The notes under the pieces were generated by a model. That model was not told the origin of the DNA, searched no databases, and saw nothing but the letters and a program-made list of their open reading frames with translations. This document shows positions 23,278-32,462 of a DNA stretch of 64,000 nt, piece by piece. A program made the translations under genes and the position numbers. Numbering within the stretch: the stretch's first letter is position 1; each line of letters begins with the position of its first letter. Source of the stretch: an uncultured delta proteobacterium (GTDB lineage Bacteria; Desulfobacterota; Binatia; Binatales; Binataceae); assembly GCA_963808235.1 (NCBI GenBank), contig CAWEEQ010000004.1, forward strand, positions 640,001 to 704,000. The letters are read 5' to 3'.

Positions 23278-23449
23278 GACGACAGAAGGAGGAGGATCCG
23301 GTTGCTTGATGGGTGGCGCATCCGGATCATAGCCGGGCTGTTTCGCGCGAGCGGCGTCGCGAAAAATTGGAGCTTAACTGGCGGCCAAAATACTGACATG
23401 ATGTAGCGGAATTTTCGTTTCGATTTTTTTTGTGGAGGGGAGGACATCA

Positions 23450-24529
23450 ATGAAGTACCGGGGGACAGCGGCGGCGTTGGCGGCTTTTATTTTGGCGATC
23501 GGAATCGGGAGCGCAGCGATGGCGGCCGGTCCGCTCGTCAACTGCAGTCAGACTCTCTTTCAGGCTCGGCCAATCGATCTCGGCGTTTCGGGCGGAAATA
23601 TCCACGCCTTCTTCAATAACCATCGGATTTGCACCAGCGGGACGCTCGGATCGGAGGTGCAGAATACAGGCGGCACTGCGTTCGTCTTGAGCAACAATCA
23701 CGTGCTCGCGGACGTTAACAAGGCCACGCCCGGACAACTCATCGTGCAGCCCGGCTTGGCGGACGAAGGCTGCCAGAAATTCAAGGATGACGCGGTTGCA
23801 AAGTTCTCCAAGGCGGTGCCCATCAATTTCGGCGGCAAAAACACCGTCGACGCGGCGATCGCGCAAGTAATTTCGGGAGACGTGAACTCGGAAATCCTGA
23901 ATATCGGGCCGATAGCAGCGACGACTGTTACCGCTTCCCCGGGATTGGCGGTGCAGAAGATGGGCAGTAATACTTGCCTTACGGCTGGAACTATCACGGC
24001 GGTGGCGATGAAAGGAAAGGTTGGTTACCCCGGGGGAAAAACCGCCAAGTTCGTAGATCAAATCGTGATTGCGGTCCAGGATTTCGGTGGGCCCGGCGAC
24101 TCCGGATCGCTCATCGTAACCCAGGATAGTTGCCCGCAAGCAGTTGGACTGCTGTTCGCCGGAACATCTGACCAGTCGCAGACGATCGCCAATCCGATTT
24201 CCGATGTGCTGACCAAGTTGAAGGTCACAATGGTTGGGGGATGCACTGCCGCGACGGCCGCGCCGCGAGCTTCTGACGAGGCCGGCAATATCGGGATGTC
24301 GAAAGAGGTCGTGGATTCCGCGAAGGCGGTTCGCGACCGGCACGAAGACCAGCTCATGAGTATCCCGGGCGCCGTCGGCACGGCGATTGGAATCGGCGAT
24401 CAACCGGGGCAGGCGTCGATCGAAGTTTATATAAAAAAGGCGACTCCTGAGGCGCAAGCTGCCGCGCCCAAGGATGTCGAAGGCGTTCCGGTAAAACTGA
24501 TCGAGAACGGCGGCTTCGTAGCGTACTGA
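23450..24529 (+). CDS. Secreted trypsin-like (S1, Nal1-like) serine protease, paralog 1
   Basis: Signal peptide; SGTLG, LSNNHV (His), VDAA (Asp), GDSGS (Ser) and GLLFAG. Confidence 0.82.
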   Translation: MKYRGTAAALAAFILAIGIGSAAMAAGPLVNCSQTLFQARPIDLGVSGGNIHAFFNNHRICTSGTLGSEVQNTGGTAFVLSNNHVLADVNKATPGQLIVQPGLADEGCQKFKDDAVAKFSKAVPINFGGKNTVDAAIAQVISGDVNSEILNIGPIAATTVTASPGLAVQKMGSNTCLTAGTITAVAMKGKVGYPGGKTAKFVDQIVIAVQDFGGPGDSGSLIVTQDSCPQAVGLLFAGTSDQSQTIANPISDVLTKLKVTMVGGCTAATAAPRASDEAGNIGMSKEVVDSAKAVRDRHEDQLMSIPGAVGTAIGIGDQPGQASIEVYIKKATPEAQAAAPKDVEGVPVKLIENGGFVAY

Positions 24530-24770
24530 GTGCGGAGCCCGATCGCGCGGCATCGCGCCACCAAATCCCGAGGGTGAACCGGCTCCGAGGCCTGCGATCC
24601 GCGCTTGGCGTTGTGGTCGCTCGGCGGGTGTTAACGCGCGGTTAGCGTGCCGCAGAGCGTTATAGATAGTAAGACACCTATCTTTGGTGTAAACCTTGCT
24701 GGTAACGCGCAATCAAGTGCGGACTTCAATTTTAGGGAGGGGAAAGATGCAGGAAGAGTGGGGGATAACT

Positions 24771-25907
24771 ATGAGTTATAAGAGGAAGGCAGCAACGTTG
24801 GTTGCGTGCATGCTTGCGATCGGTGTTGCGTCGACGCCACAAAACGCGTCCGCCATCTCAACCTGCGAAACCGTACCGCCACCTCAACAAACGGCGTTGG
24901 CGCGTCCGATTCCGCTCGGCATTTCGGGCGGAAATATCCACTCGTTCTTCAGGTCCAAGGCCGGAAAGCTGCTGGGTTGCACCAGCGGGACGCTGGGATC
25001 GATGGTGCAGGACTCAAGCCTCAATCAATACATCCTCAGCAATAATCACGTGCTCGCGGACGAAAATGCAGCTAAACCCGGCGACCGGATCGTGCAGCCC
25101 GGCCTTGTGGACGTAACATGCATCAAGTCGCCGAGCAATGCGGTTGCGACCTTCAACAGCAAGGTCAAAATCAATTTCGCAGGTGGCAATAACACCGTCG
25201 ACGCCGCCCTTGGCGCCGTTGAGCCAGGAATGGTGAGCCCTCAAATCCTCTTTATCGGGGATATCGCAGGATCGGTGGCGACGCCGACGCTCGCGCTGCC
25301 TGTTCAGAAAATGGGCCGTACGACTTGCGTTACGACCGGAAAGATTGCGGGGCTCGACGCCAACATCACGGTAAACTATTCCGAAGTCAAAAAGCCGAAA
25401 TTGGCCAAGTTCATCAACCAGATTCTTGTAACCGGCAGCCCTGCCACCCCTACGTTCGGCGGACCCGGCGACTCAGGATCGCTAATCCTAACCCAGGGCA
25501 GTTGCCCTCAGGCGGTGGCGCTGCTCTTTGCGGGCTCGACTGACGGAACCGTCACGATAGCCAACCCGATTTCCACGGTGCTGAGTGCGCTGAACGTTTC
25601 GATGGTGGGTAGTTGCACGCCTTCGGTGGCATCGGACAGCGTGAACGCAGATGTCCTGGCCGGAAGTATCGGCATGACGAATGAGGACGTGGATTCCGCG
25701 AAGGCGGTTCGCGATGGGCACGAAGACCAGCTCACGAGTATACCGGGCGCAGTCGGCACGGCGATTGGCATCGGCGATGAGCCGGGCCAACCCGCGATTG
25801 AGGTTTATCTAACGAAGCTGACTCCAGAGGCTCAAGCTGCGGCGCCCAAGGATGTCGAAGGTGTTCCGGTGAAGCTGATCGAGAACGGCGGATTCGTCTC
25901 GTACTGA
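24771..25907 (+). CDS. Secreted trypsin-like (S1, Nal1-like) serine protease, paralog 2
   Basis: Same triad motifs plus KMGRTT; C-terminal ~70 aa nearly identical to paralog 1. Confidence 0.82.
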   Translation: MSYKRKAATLVACMLAIGVASTPQNASAISTCETVPPPQQTALARPIPLGISGGNIHSFFRSKAGKLLGCTSGTLGSMVQDSSLNQYILSNNHVLADENAAKPGDRIVQPGLVDVTCIKSPSNAVATFNSKVKINFAGGNNTVDAALGAVEPGMVSPQILFIGDIAGSVATPTLALPVQKMGRTTCVTTGKIAGLDANITVNYSEVKKPKLAKFINQILVTGSPATPTFGGPGDSGSLILTQGSCPQAVALLFAGSTDGTVTIANPISTVLSALNVSMVGSCTPSVASDSVNADVLAGSIGMTNEDVDSAKAVRDGHEDQLTSIPGAVGTAIGIGDEPGQPAIEVYLTKLTPEAQAAAPKDVEGVPVKLIENGGFVSY

Positions 25908-25923
25908 GTGCGGAGTCCGTCGT

Positions 25924-26979
25924 CTAGGGTCGCGCTTCCAGCACGAGGTTAAACGGCGTCGCGGTTGCGCGGCGGACGCGGGAAAATCCTCCGGCCGTGA
26001 GCACTTCGCGCAGCCGCTTCTCGCCCGCCGAGTTGCCAAGTCCCAGCGCGACTTCCTGGGCCAGCGATGCGGGCACGCAGATCATCGTCGATGCGGCGTA
26101 GAACGTACGTCCAATCGGGTTGAAGTTTTCCTCGATTCGGTCGCCAGCGAACGGCTCGACAACCATCCAGGTTCCACCCGCTTTGAGCGTCGCCTTCACG
26201 TGCGATGCGGCGCCGACCGGATCGCCCATGTCATGCAGACAGTCGAAGAACGCGACGAGGTCGTAAGTTCCCGGATAGTCCTTCGCCGATGCGCGCTCGA
26301 AGTGGGCGCGATCGGCGACGCCGGCCTCACGCGCCGATTCGCGGGCGCGGACGATTGACGGCTCGTGATAGTCGAAACCAAAGAACTCGGATTTCGGATA
26401 TGCCTTCGCCATCAGGATCACCGATGCACCGTGGCCGCATCCGACATCCGCGACGCGCGCGCCGCGTTTGAGTTTTTCTTCCACGCCTTCGAGAGCGGGT
26501 ATCCATTCCGAAACCAGATGCATCGAGTAGCCGGGGCGAAAGAAGCGCTCGGTGCCGCGGAACAGACATGGGTCGTGCTCGTGCCATCCGACGCCGCCGC
26601 CGTTGCGAAACGCGTTGGCGACCTTGGGCTCATCGCGGATGGTGGCGGCGACAATCTCGAACATGCCGGGAAAGAAGGCGGGGCCGCCTTCGTCGGCGAG
26701 GACGAGGGCTTGCTCCGGCGACATCGAGAATCGTCGAGTTGCGGGATCGTAGTTGATATATCCGGCGGCCGCTTGAGCGGCGCTCCACTCGCGGACGTAT
26801 CGCTCGACGGTGCCGGTGCGCGAGGCCAGTTCGGCCGCGGTCAGAGGACCTGCGGCGGCCAGCGCTTTGTAGAGTCCGAACTTATCGCCAAGCAGTACCA
26901 GCGCAGCACCCATCGCGGCGCCGACGTCGCCGAGCATGCGTCCGAGTAGTTCCTGAAGTTTGTTTTCGTCGATCGCCAT
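25924..26979 (-). CDS. Class I SAM-dependent methyltransferase with N-terminal wHTH (Rv2258c-like)
   Basis: ERYVREW wHTH segment, ADVGCGHG motif I, FDCLHDMGDP and TPFNLVLEAR. Confidence 0.88.
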   Translation of the reverse strand: MAIDENKLQELLGRMLGDVGAAMGAALVLLGDKFGLYKALAAAGPLTAAELASRTGTVERYVREWSAAQAAAGYINYDPATRRFSMSPEQALVLADEGGPAFFPGMFEIVAATIRDEPKVANAFRNGGGVGWHEHDPCLFRGTERFFRPGYSMHLVSEWIPALEGVEEKLKRGARVADVGCGHGASVILMAKAYPKSEFFGFDYHEPSIVRARESAREAGVADRAHFERASAKDYPGTYDLVAFFDCLHDMGDPVGAASHVKATLKAGGTWMVVEPFAGDRIEENFNPIGRTFYAASTMICVPASLAQEVALGLGNSAGEKRLREVLTAGGFSRVRRATATPFNLVLEARP

Positions 26980-27058
26980 AGGCGCTCCTCCCTCATGCTT
27001 CGCTTAAGGGCCGGAACGATGGATGCGTAAGTCGAGCACGTTGCGAGGTCGCGGGTAC

Positions 27059-28210
27059 CTAGACGATTTTGCGGAAGGCGAGGGCGGGGCTGATCTTGAC
27101 GGCCTGCATCACCGGTACGATCGCGCTTAGCAGGCTTACCGTGACGATCGCGAAGAGCCCGGCGAACGCCAGGTCGGGCGTCACCTGCATGTAACCCAGT
27201 CCGCCGATCACCGCGCCCATCGTGACGCCGCGCCCGAATAGCGCCCATGCCAAGCCGGCGCCTGCTGCGCCGCCGATGAGGCCCATCGCGGCGGCCTCCG
27301 CGAAGAGCATCGTCGCGACGTGGACGGGCTCGAAGCCGAGTGCGCGGATAACCGCGACTTCGGAGATTCGCTCGCGCACGTTTATCGCCATCGAGTTTGC
27401 CGCCACCAGCAGCACCGTGATGACCACCACGGCGCAGAGGCTCAGGATTATCGTGCTGAGATCCGCGATCGCGGAGACGCCATTTGCGATCGAATCGCTC
27501 TCCGTGATCGTGCTGGTCTCGTACTCGGAGTTGCGGAACCGGCCGTCGATCTCCTCGATCACCTGCGGGATTTCATTCACGTGCGCGATCCGGACCGCGA
27601 TGAACGACGCGGCATCGGTGATATCGACGCCATAGGTCTGCTTCACCGCTTGATCGAAATAGTCGCGCCGAAAGATGAAGCTGTTCTGGCTCAGCCGCGC
27701 CTTCAGTTCCGCGATTATCAGAAATTGCAGCGTGAGCTTGCTGTCGCCGTTTTTGAGCGTAATCCACTGACCGATATGCCAGTGGTATTTTTCCATGAGC
27801 ATCCTGCCGACCAGCGCGGAACGCCGTTCGCGAAGAAACTCCTTGACCTGATCGGGCGTGAGAGAACTTTCGGGATAGACCTCTTGCACATCGGGGTCGA
27901 TACCGAACGAGACGATCGGCTGGCGATCGTTCTGATAGAGTCCGCCCCACTGGCGCTCGGCAGTGGTGGCCGCGACCCCCGGCATCTTCGCGATCGCGTC
28001 GCGATACCAGATCGGCAACATGTACGCATTCGGGGCGCTGACGATCACGCGGAGGCCCGTGGATACCTCGTCGAGGATCCGGTTGAGCGAGACCGGCACC
28101 GCGATCAGCACAGTCAACAGAAAGGCGGCGACAAATAGAGTCAGCACGCTCAGCGTCGTGCGCAGCATCCGGCGGCGCAGATTGCGGAATATCAGCAATA
28201 CAAGTTTCAT
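27059..28210 (-). CDS. ABC transporter permease, FtsX/MacB type
   Basis: N-terminal TM, periplasmic domain, VRER.SEVAV.RALGF motif and three C-terminal TMs. Confidence 0.88.
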   Translation of the reverse strand: MKLVLLIFRNLRRRMLRTTLSVLTLFVAAFLLTVLIAVPVSLNRILDEVSTGLRVIVSAPNAYMLPIWYRDAIAKMPGVAATTAERQWGGLYQNDRQPIVSFGIDPDVQEVYPESSLTPDQVKEFLRERRSALVGRMLMEKYHWHIGQWITLKNGDSKLTLQFLIIAELKARLSQNSFIFRRDYFDQAVKQTYGVDITDAASFIAVRIAHVNEIPQVIEEIDGRFRNSEYETSTITESDSIANGVSAIADLSTIILSLCAVVVITVLLVAANSMAINVRERISEVAVIRALGFEPVHVATMLFAEAAAMGLIGGAAGAGLAWALFGRGVTMGAVIGGLGYMQVTPDLAFAGLFAIVTVSLLSAIVPVMQAVKISPALAFRKIV

Positions 28211-28254
28211 CGCTCATACTTCGCGAGGATCTGTTTCATTTTTCAGGTCACGGC

Positions 28255-29421
28255 TCACGCCTCGCGTAATACGGCGTTGATGCCGATCGCCGAGGCGCGC
28301 CACGCGGGAAGAAATCCGCCAATCACGCCGATCAGAACGCCGGCGATGAGACCGGCCGCGACCGCTCGTATTCCAAGGTGAAACGAAAATATCAGCAGCC
28401 CGACGTTCATCAGGTTGCTGTTGAGGCCGGTAATGTCGGCGACCAGCATGCCTGCGACTTCGCCGACAATCGCGCCCGCCAAACCGAGCATCGCGCTCTC
28501 CGCGACGAAGCTCACGAGCACGTTGCCCGGTCCGAATCCGAGCGCGCGCAACACGCCGATTTCCCGGCTGCGACGGGCGACCGCCGCGTACATCGTGTTC
28601 ATCCCGCCGAAGACCGCGCCGATCGAGAGGATTGCGGCCAGGATCAATCCGTAGGACTGGAACTGATCGGCGATTTTATTCTGCTCCGAGTAAAATTGCG
28701 TCTCCGATTCGGCGTGAAGCGGCAGGCGCGGATCTTTTTTCAGAGTCTCCTCCAGCGACGACAGCTCTCCGGGCTTGATCACGACGTGCAGCACATTCGC
28801 GATCGCGTTTCCGGTCGTGCGGCGATAGTCAGTGAAGAGATCGTCAACGTCAGCCCATATCTCCGATTCGCGCGCGCTGTCATGGTCGGAGAAACTCCCG
28901 ACGATGTTCCAACTGCGCCGTCCGAAATGGAATTTCGCAGGAGGCGTGAGCGCGGGGAACTTTGCGACGAGCTTGCGCCCGACTACCCATTCTCCGGCGC
29001 CGGGAACCGGCCAATGCCCCGACTCCAGCTTCATGTTCCGATGCACGTTGTAGGCGATCGGCCTTACTCCGCGCAGATAGACGAACATGGTCTTTGCGTG
29101 ACCGGGATTTACGTTGAGCGCCGCGACAATTTCCGGCGAGATAAGCGGCGCGCCGCTGGGGTCGGTCGCGAATTGCGGCATCGCATGCAGCAGCTCGTAC
29201 ATCGGTTTCGCAATGACGCTGTTTGGCTCAGCCTCCGCGCCGGTGGAGAGAAGAATGTAGTTGCCAGGCTGGGCCGCAGTCTGGACCGTCCTTCTCATCC
29301 CGTCGACGAAACCGAACAGGATAAAAAGAATCATCACCACCAGCGCGATGCCGAGGCCGGCCATGATCGACGATGACCATCGCACCACGAGGCTGCGCGC
29401 GTTGTAGCTGAGCGGGATCAA
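28255..29421 (-). CDS. ABC transporter permease, FtsX/MacB type
   Basis: MIPLSYN start, ESEIW and NTMYAAVARRSREIGVLRALGF motifs, GG.LPAWRA end. Confidence 0.88.
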   Translation of the reverse strand: MIPLSYNARSLVVRWSSSIMAGLGIALVVMILFILFGFVDGMRRTVQTAAQPGNYILLSTGAEAEPNSVIAKPMYELLHAMPQFATDPSGAPLISPEIVAALNVNPGHAKTMFVYLRGVRPIAYNVHRNMKLESGHWPVPGAGEWVVGRKLVAKFPALTPPAKFHFGRRSWNIVGSFSDHDSARESEIWADVDDLFTDYRRTTGNAIANVLHVVIKPGELSSLEETLKKDPRLPLHAESETQFYSEQNKIADQFQSYGLILAAILSIGAVFGGMNTMYAAVARRSREIGVLRALGFGPGNVLVSFVAESAMLGLAGAIVGEVAGMLVADITGLNSNLMNVGLLIFSFHLGIRAVAAGLIAGVLIGVIGGFLPAWRASAIGINAVLREA

Positions 29422-29476
29422 TGGCGCCCCCGACTGAGTCAGCGAGTGTAGCGCGAGATATCCGCCTCGGCTAGCT
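29401..29476. repeat. Direct repeat copy 1 (permease start plus upstream region)
   Basis: Matches 31234-31308 with 4 substitutions and 1 indel. Confidence 0.9.
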
Positions 29477-29833
29477 GAGTCAGAGAGTGGGTAGATCTAG
29501 AATAGAGGATACCGAAACCTTATGCAGGTTTCGGACTTCCCGATTTGATTAAACAGGACGCGCGAAAACCGAGCGTCCTTCTTTGCCAGCGGGCGAGACC
29601 GAAGCCGGCAAGGAACTCCGGATGCCCCAGGCTCGCCATCGTCGAAGGTAACTATCGGACACTGAGCTAAGTCCAATTGTTTGCTCTAGGAATGACGCAT
29701 TGATATGAGTCAGCTTCTGAAAGAGATTTTGGGGGCAGTCTAAACCATTCGTACGAAAACCTCGGAGAATGCTGGGGCGTGATCTCGAGAAACCCGAGCA
29801 TTGCATCCGTCTAGCCAGGTCGGGGGGAAAGCC

Positions 29834-31222
29834 ATGACTAGAGCAGAGAAAAGGTTTGGGGATTATCGGCAGCACCTTGGCGTGACGCGCGTTCAGCAGA
29901 TGGCGATCGTCGTATTTGTGCTTACGCTCGCCACACGAGCCGCTGCGTTTACCTCGGTTCTTCCGCCGTTCACCGGGGCAAGCGACTTCATCACTGGGTT
30001 TCCCACCTGCCTCAACCTCCCGTTTACTACCGAGACTTTAGGTCCCCTAGGTGTGCTCTTTGACGGAGCACACTTCTTTGTCGACGACCCTTGCATCGGC
30101 GGGGGTACGACCTACAGATTCACCGCTGCTGGTGGTGATGCGTCAGCCCCCGATGCCGAAGTGGCAAATGGCCTGTTCGAGGGCCTCACGCTGAAGGGCG
30201 GTGTGTACTATGGCAACGGGGATTCGGCCATGTACCAATTCGAGCCCACAACGCTCAGCACGACCCCAATAGTGAACCTGCCTGTCTTTCCGTTGGGTTT
30301 GGCTGGACAGCCTGGCACTACGAATATCTGGTCGGGGGATCTGGACAATGGGGGCGCCGGGGGATTGTTCCTCATATCAAATCCGACCTCGGCAAGCCCG
30401 TCCGTAACCGAACTAACTAACGCCGTATGTTTTGACGGAATCGCGTTCACTGCCGATGGGACGAAATTTTACGGCGCCATCTGCGGGTCCACCTTTGTCT
30501 TTGGGTTGGACCTCACTACCGGGATAAGTTTCGTGGTGGATACTGCTCATCCGCTCATGGCCTGCGATGCTCTGCAAACCGACTGCACCGATCAGGACAC
30601 AGACGGCATCGCAGTGGCGCTAAACAACACGACGCTTTCGGGCATTGACGTTTCGAACAATGTCTTCGTAAACAGCCACGACGGGACCCTGGTGCGAATC
30701 GACGTAAACAATGGCAACGCAGTTTCGGCAGTGGCGAGCGGCGGATCACGCGGCGATTACACAACCGTAGGACCCGATAATTGCCTCTATGTGACGCAGT
30801 CGGATCGGGTCGAGAAGATGAGTCCCTGTTTCTTCCAAGTCTCCATCGCCAACAAGTGTCCGCTGACTCAGGGTTTCTGGAAGAACAATCCTGCGGATTG
30901 GCCGGTGACATCGCTGCTACTCGGGAGCGAAAGCTACACCCAGTCACAGTTAGAAGTAATTCTTCACACTCCGGCGGGTGGCGATGCGAGTCTGATCCTT
31001 GCAGACCAACTGATAGCAGCCAAATTGAGTATTGCGGGCGACTCCAACCCAGGGCCAATCGCATCAACAATCTCAAATGCGGATAGTCTGCTTGCGGCGC
31101 AGTCGGGCAGACTCCCCTACAAGATTAAGCCTTCCTCCACGGCCGGGCAGGCGATGGTCAACGATGCAGACATCCTGAACAACTACAACAATGACGCTCT
31201 GACCCTGAGCTGCACCCCGTAG
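29834..31222 (+). CDS. Secreted protein: beta-propeller-like N-terminus plus C-terminal TQGFWKN-motif domain
   Basis: Hydrophobic signal ending RAAA; DGIA/GLA blade-like repeats; CPLTQGFWKNNP...ILADQLIAAKL module; alternative start at 29900. Confidence 0.7.
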   Translation: MTRAEKRFGDYRQHLGVTRVQQMAIVVFVLTLATRAAAFTSVLPPFTGASDFITGFPTCLNLPFTTETLGPLGVLFDGAHFFVDDPCIGGGTTYRFTAAGGDASAPDAEVANGLFEGLTLKGGVYYGNGDSAMYQFEPTTLSTTPIVNLPVFPLGLAGQPGTTNIWSGDLDNGGAGGLFLISNPTSASPSVTELTNAVCFDGIAFTADGTKFYGAICGSTFVFGLDLTTGISFVVDTAHPLMACDALQTDCTDQDTDGIAVALNNTTLSGIDVSNNVFVNSHDGTLVRIDVNNGNAVSAVASGGSRGDYTTVGPDNCLYVTQSDRVEKMSPCFFQVSIANKCPLTQGFWKNNPADWPVTSLLLGSESYTQSQLEVILHTPAGGDASLILADQLIAAKLSIAGDSNPGPIASTISNADSLLAAQSGRLPYKIKPSSTAGQAMVNDADILNNYNNDALTLSCTP

Positions 31223-31233
31223 CCCAAAGCGCA

Positions 31234-31308
31234 GTTGTAGCTGAGCGGGATCAATGGCGCCCCCGATGAGTCAGGGAGTGTAACGCGAGATATGCGCCTC
31301 GGCCAGCT
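31234..31308. repeat. Direct repeat copy 2
   Basis: gttgtagctgagcgggatcaatggcgcccccgatgagtcagggagtgtaacgcgagatatgcgcctcggccagct. Confidence 0.9.
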
Positions 31309-31318
31309 TGGGTGCGGG

Positions 31319-31696
31319 GTGAGGACACTGGCGCGACGGCGACTCGCAGGCGAAATCAAAGAAAAGGAAATCGCTTCGCGGAGGTTCCTTCGGCAGGGCT
31401 CAGGACAGGCTCTTCGACTCCAGCAGCTTTCGCTCAGGACGACGGAAAGGAGCGGAGCCCTGCAGGCGATGGCATCGAGGTGGATGCGCGCGCCCTAACC
31501 CGTCGAGTGGGCGCGACGACCTCTCCCGAAGGGAGAGGTTTGCATAACCTCAGCGCGGCTTCGGAGCAGAGCAGAATCTTGAATCGCGCGCCAGAAAACG
31601 CGCGCTGGATAAGGTCCCTCGCCTTCAATCCTCTCCCATCGGGAGAGGGGATGATGCCTCGACTGGTTACGCAAAGGTCTCCGAAGGGAGAGGTGT
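31319..31696. repeat. Cluster of REP-like palindromes (composite repeat)
   Basis: ttcgctcaggacgac palindrome near 31430, double-hairpin element 31493-31539, and cctctccc-atc-gggagagg at 31630-31648. Confidence 0.7.
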
Positions 31697-31727
31697 AGGA
31701 GCGCGTCGGTCGCCTGCCGGTTTGCGC

Positions 31728-32462
31728 TCATTCGACTACGATTGGGATTCGGAGATCGAATTCGGAGGGGACTGGCGCGCCGGAGCGCATCGCGGGGAAG
31801 AACTGCCATTGCGAGAGCGCGGCTAGCAGCACCTGATTCAGGCGAGGGTTGCTGGTCGGCTTGATAAGGGTGACGGTTACCGTGCCGTCGGGGGCGACGA
31901 CGAAGTGGGCCATCGCTTCGGCATGGATCGCGTCTTCGCGCAGGTCGTCGGGGATCTTTGGCGGCGGGGCGTAAATCGCGCGCGCGCCGGCGCTATCGGT
32001 ACCCACACCGGCGCCGGTGCCGACGCCGGTACCACCCGAGATGCCGGAGGTATCCTCTTTTGGAACGCTCGGAGGAGCGGGCGGAACCGACACGGCGATC
32101 CCGCCCGAGGGAGAAGTCGCGAGCGCGGGCGGCGGAAGATGCGGACGGGCGCGGGGCGCGTGATGGATCGGCTTGGCGGCCGGTTTTGCCGCGGGGGCAG
32201 CGCCGCCCTGAAGTCCCGCGGGCACCGGCGGTGGCGGGGGCGGTTCGACGATGGTCGCGATGACCACGTCGTAATGCGGAGGCGGGGGCAGACTCGACGG
32301 GATGAATCTCGTGCCGAAGACCATCGCGACCAGAGTGACCATCGCGAGCGGCACGGTCACCGCGAACGTGCGCGACGGCGCGGTCCTCAGCGCGATGAAG
32401 TCGTCATCGCCGCCGCGAATTGGCGGCGGCGCGAATGAATTTAGAAGGGCGCCGCTAGCCAT
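31728..32462 (-). CDS. tonB: Energy transducer TonB (TM, Pro-rich linker, TonB_C)
   Basis: TM anchor, poly-Pro region, C-terminal FVVAPDG.V...LNQ..LAAL.QWQF.PA; start overlaps the receptor stop (TGATG). Confidence 0.8.
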   Translation of the reverse strand: MASGALLNSFAPPPIRGGDDDFIALRTAPSRTFAVTVPLAMVTLVAMVFGTRFIPSSLPPPPHYDVVIATIVEPPPPPPVPAGLQGGAAPAAKPAAKPIHHAPRARPHLPPPALATSPSGGIAVSVPPAPPSVPKEDTSGISGGTGVGTGAGVGTDSAGARAIYAPPPKIPDDLREDAIHAEAMAHFVVAPDGTVTVTLIKPTSNPRLNQVLLAALSQWQFFPAMRSGAPVPSEFDLRIPIVVE

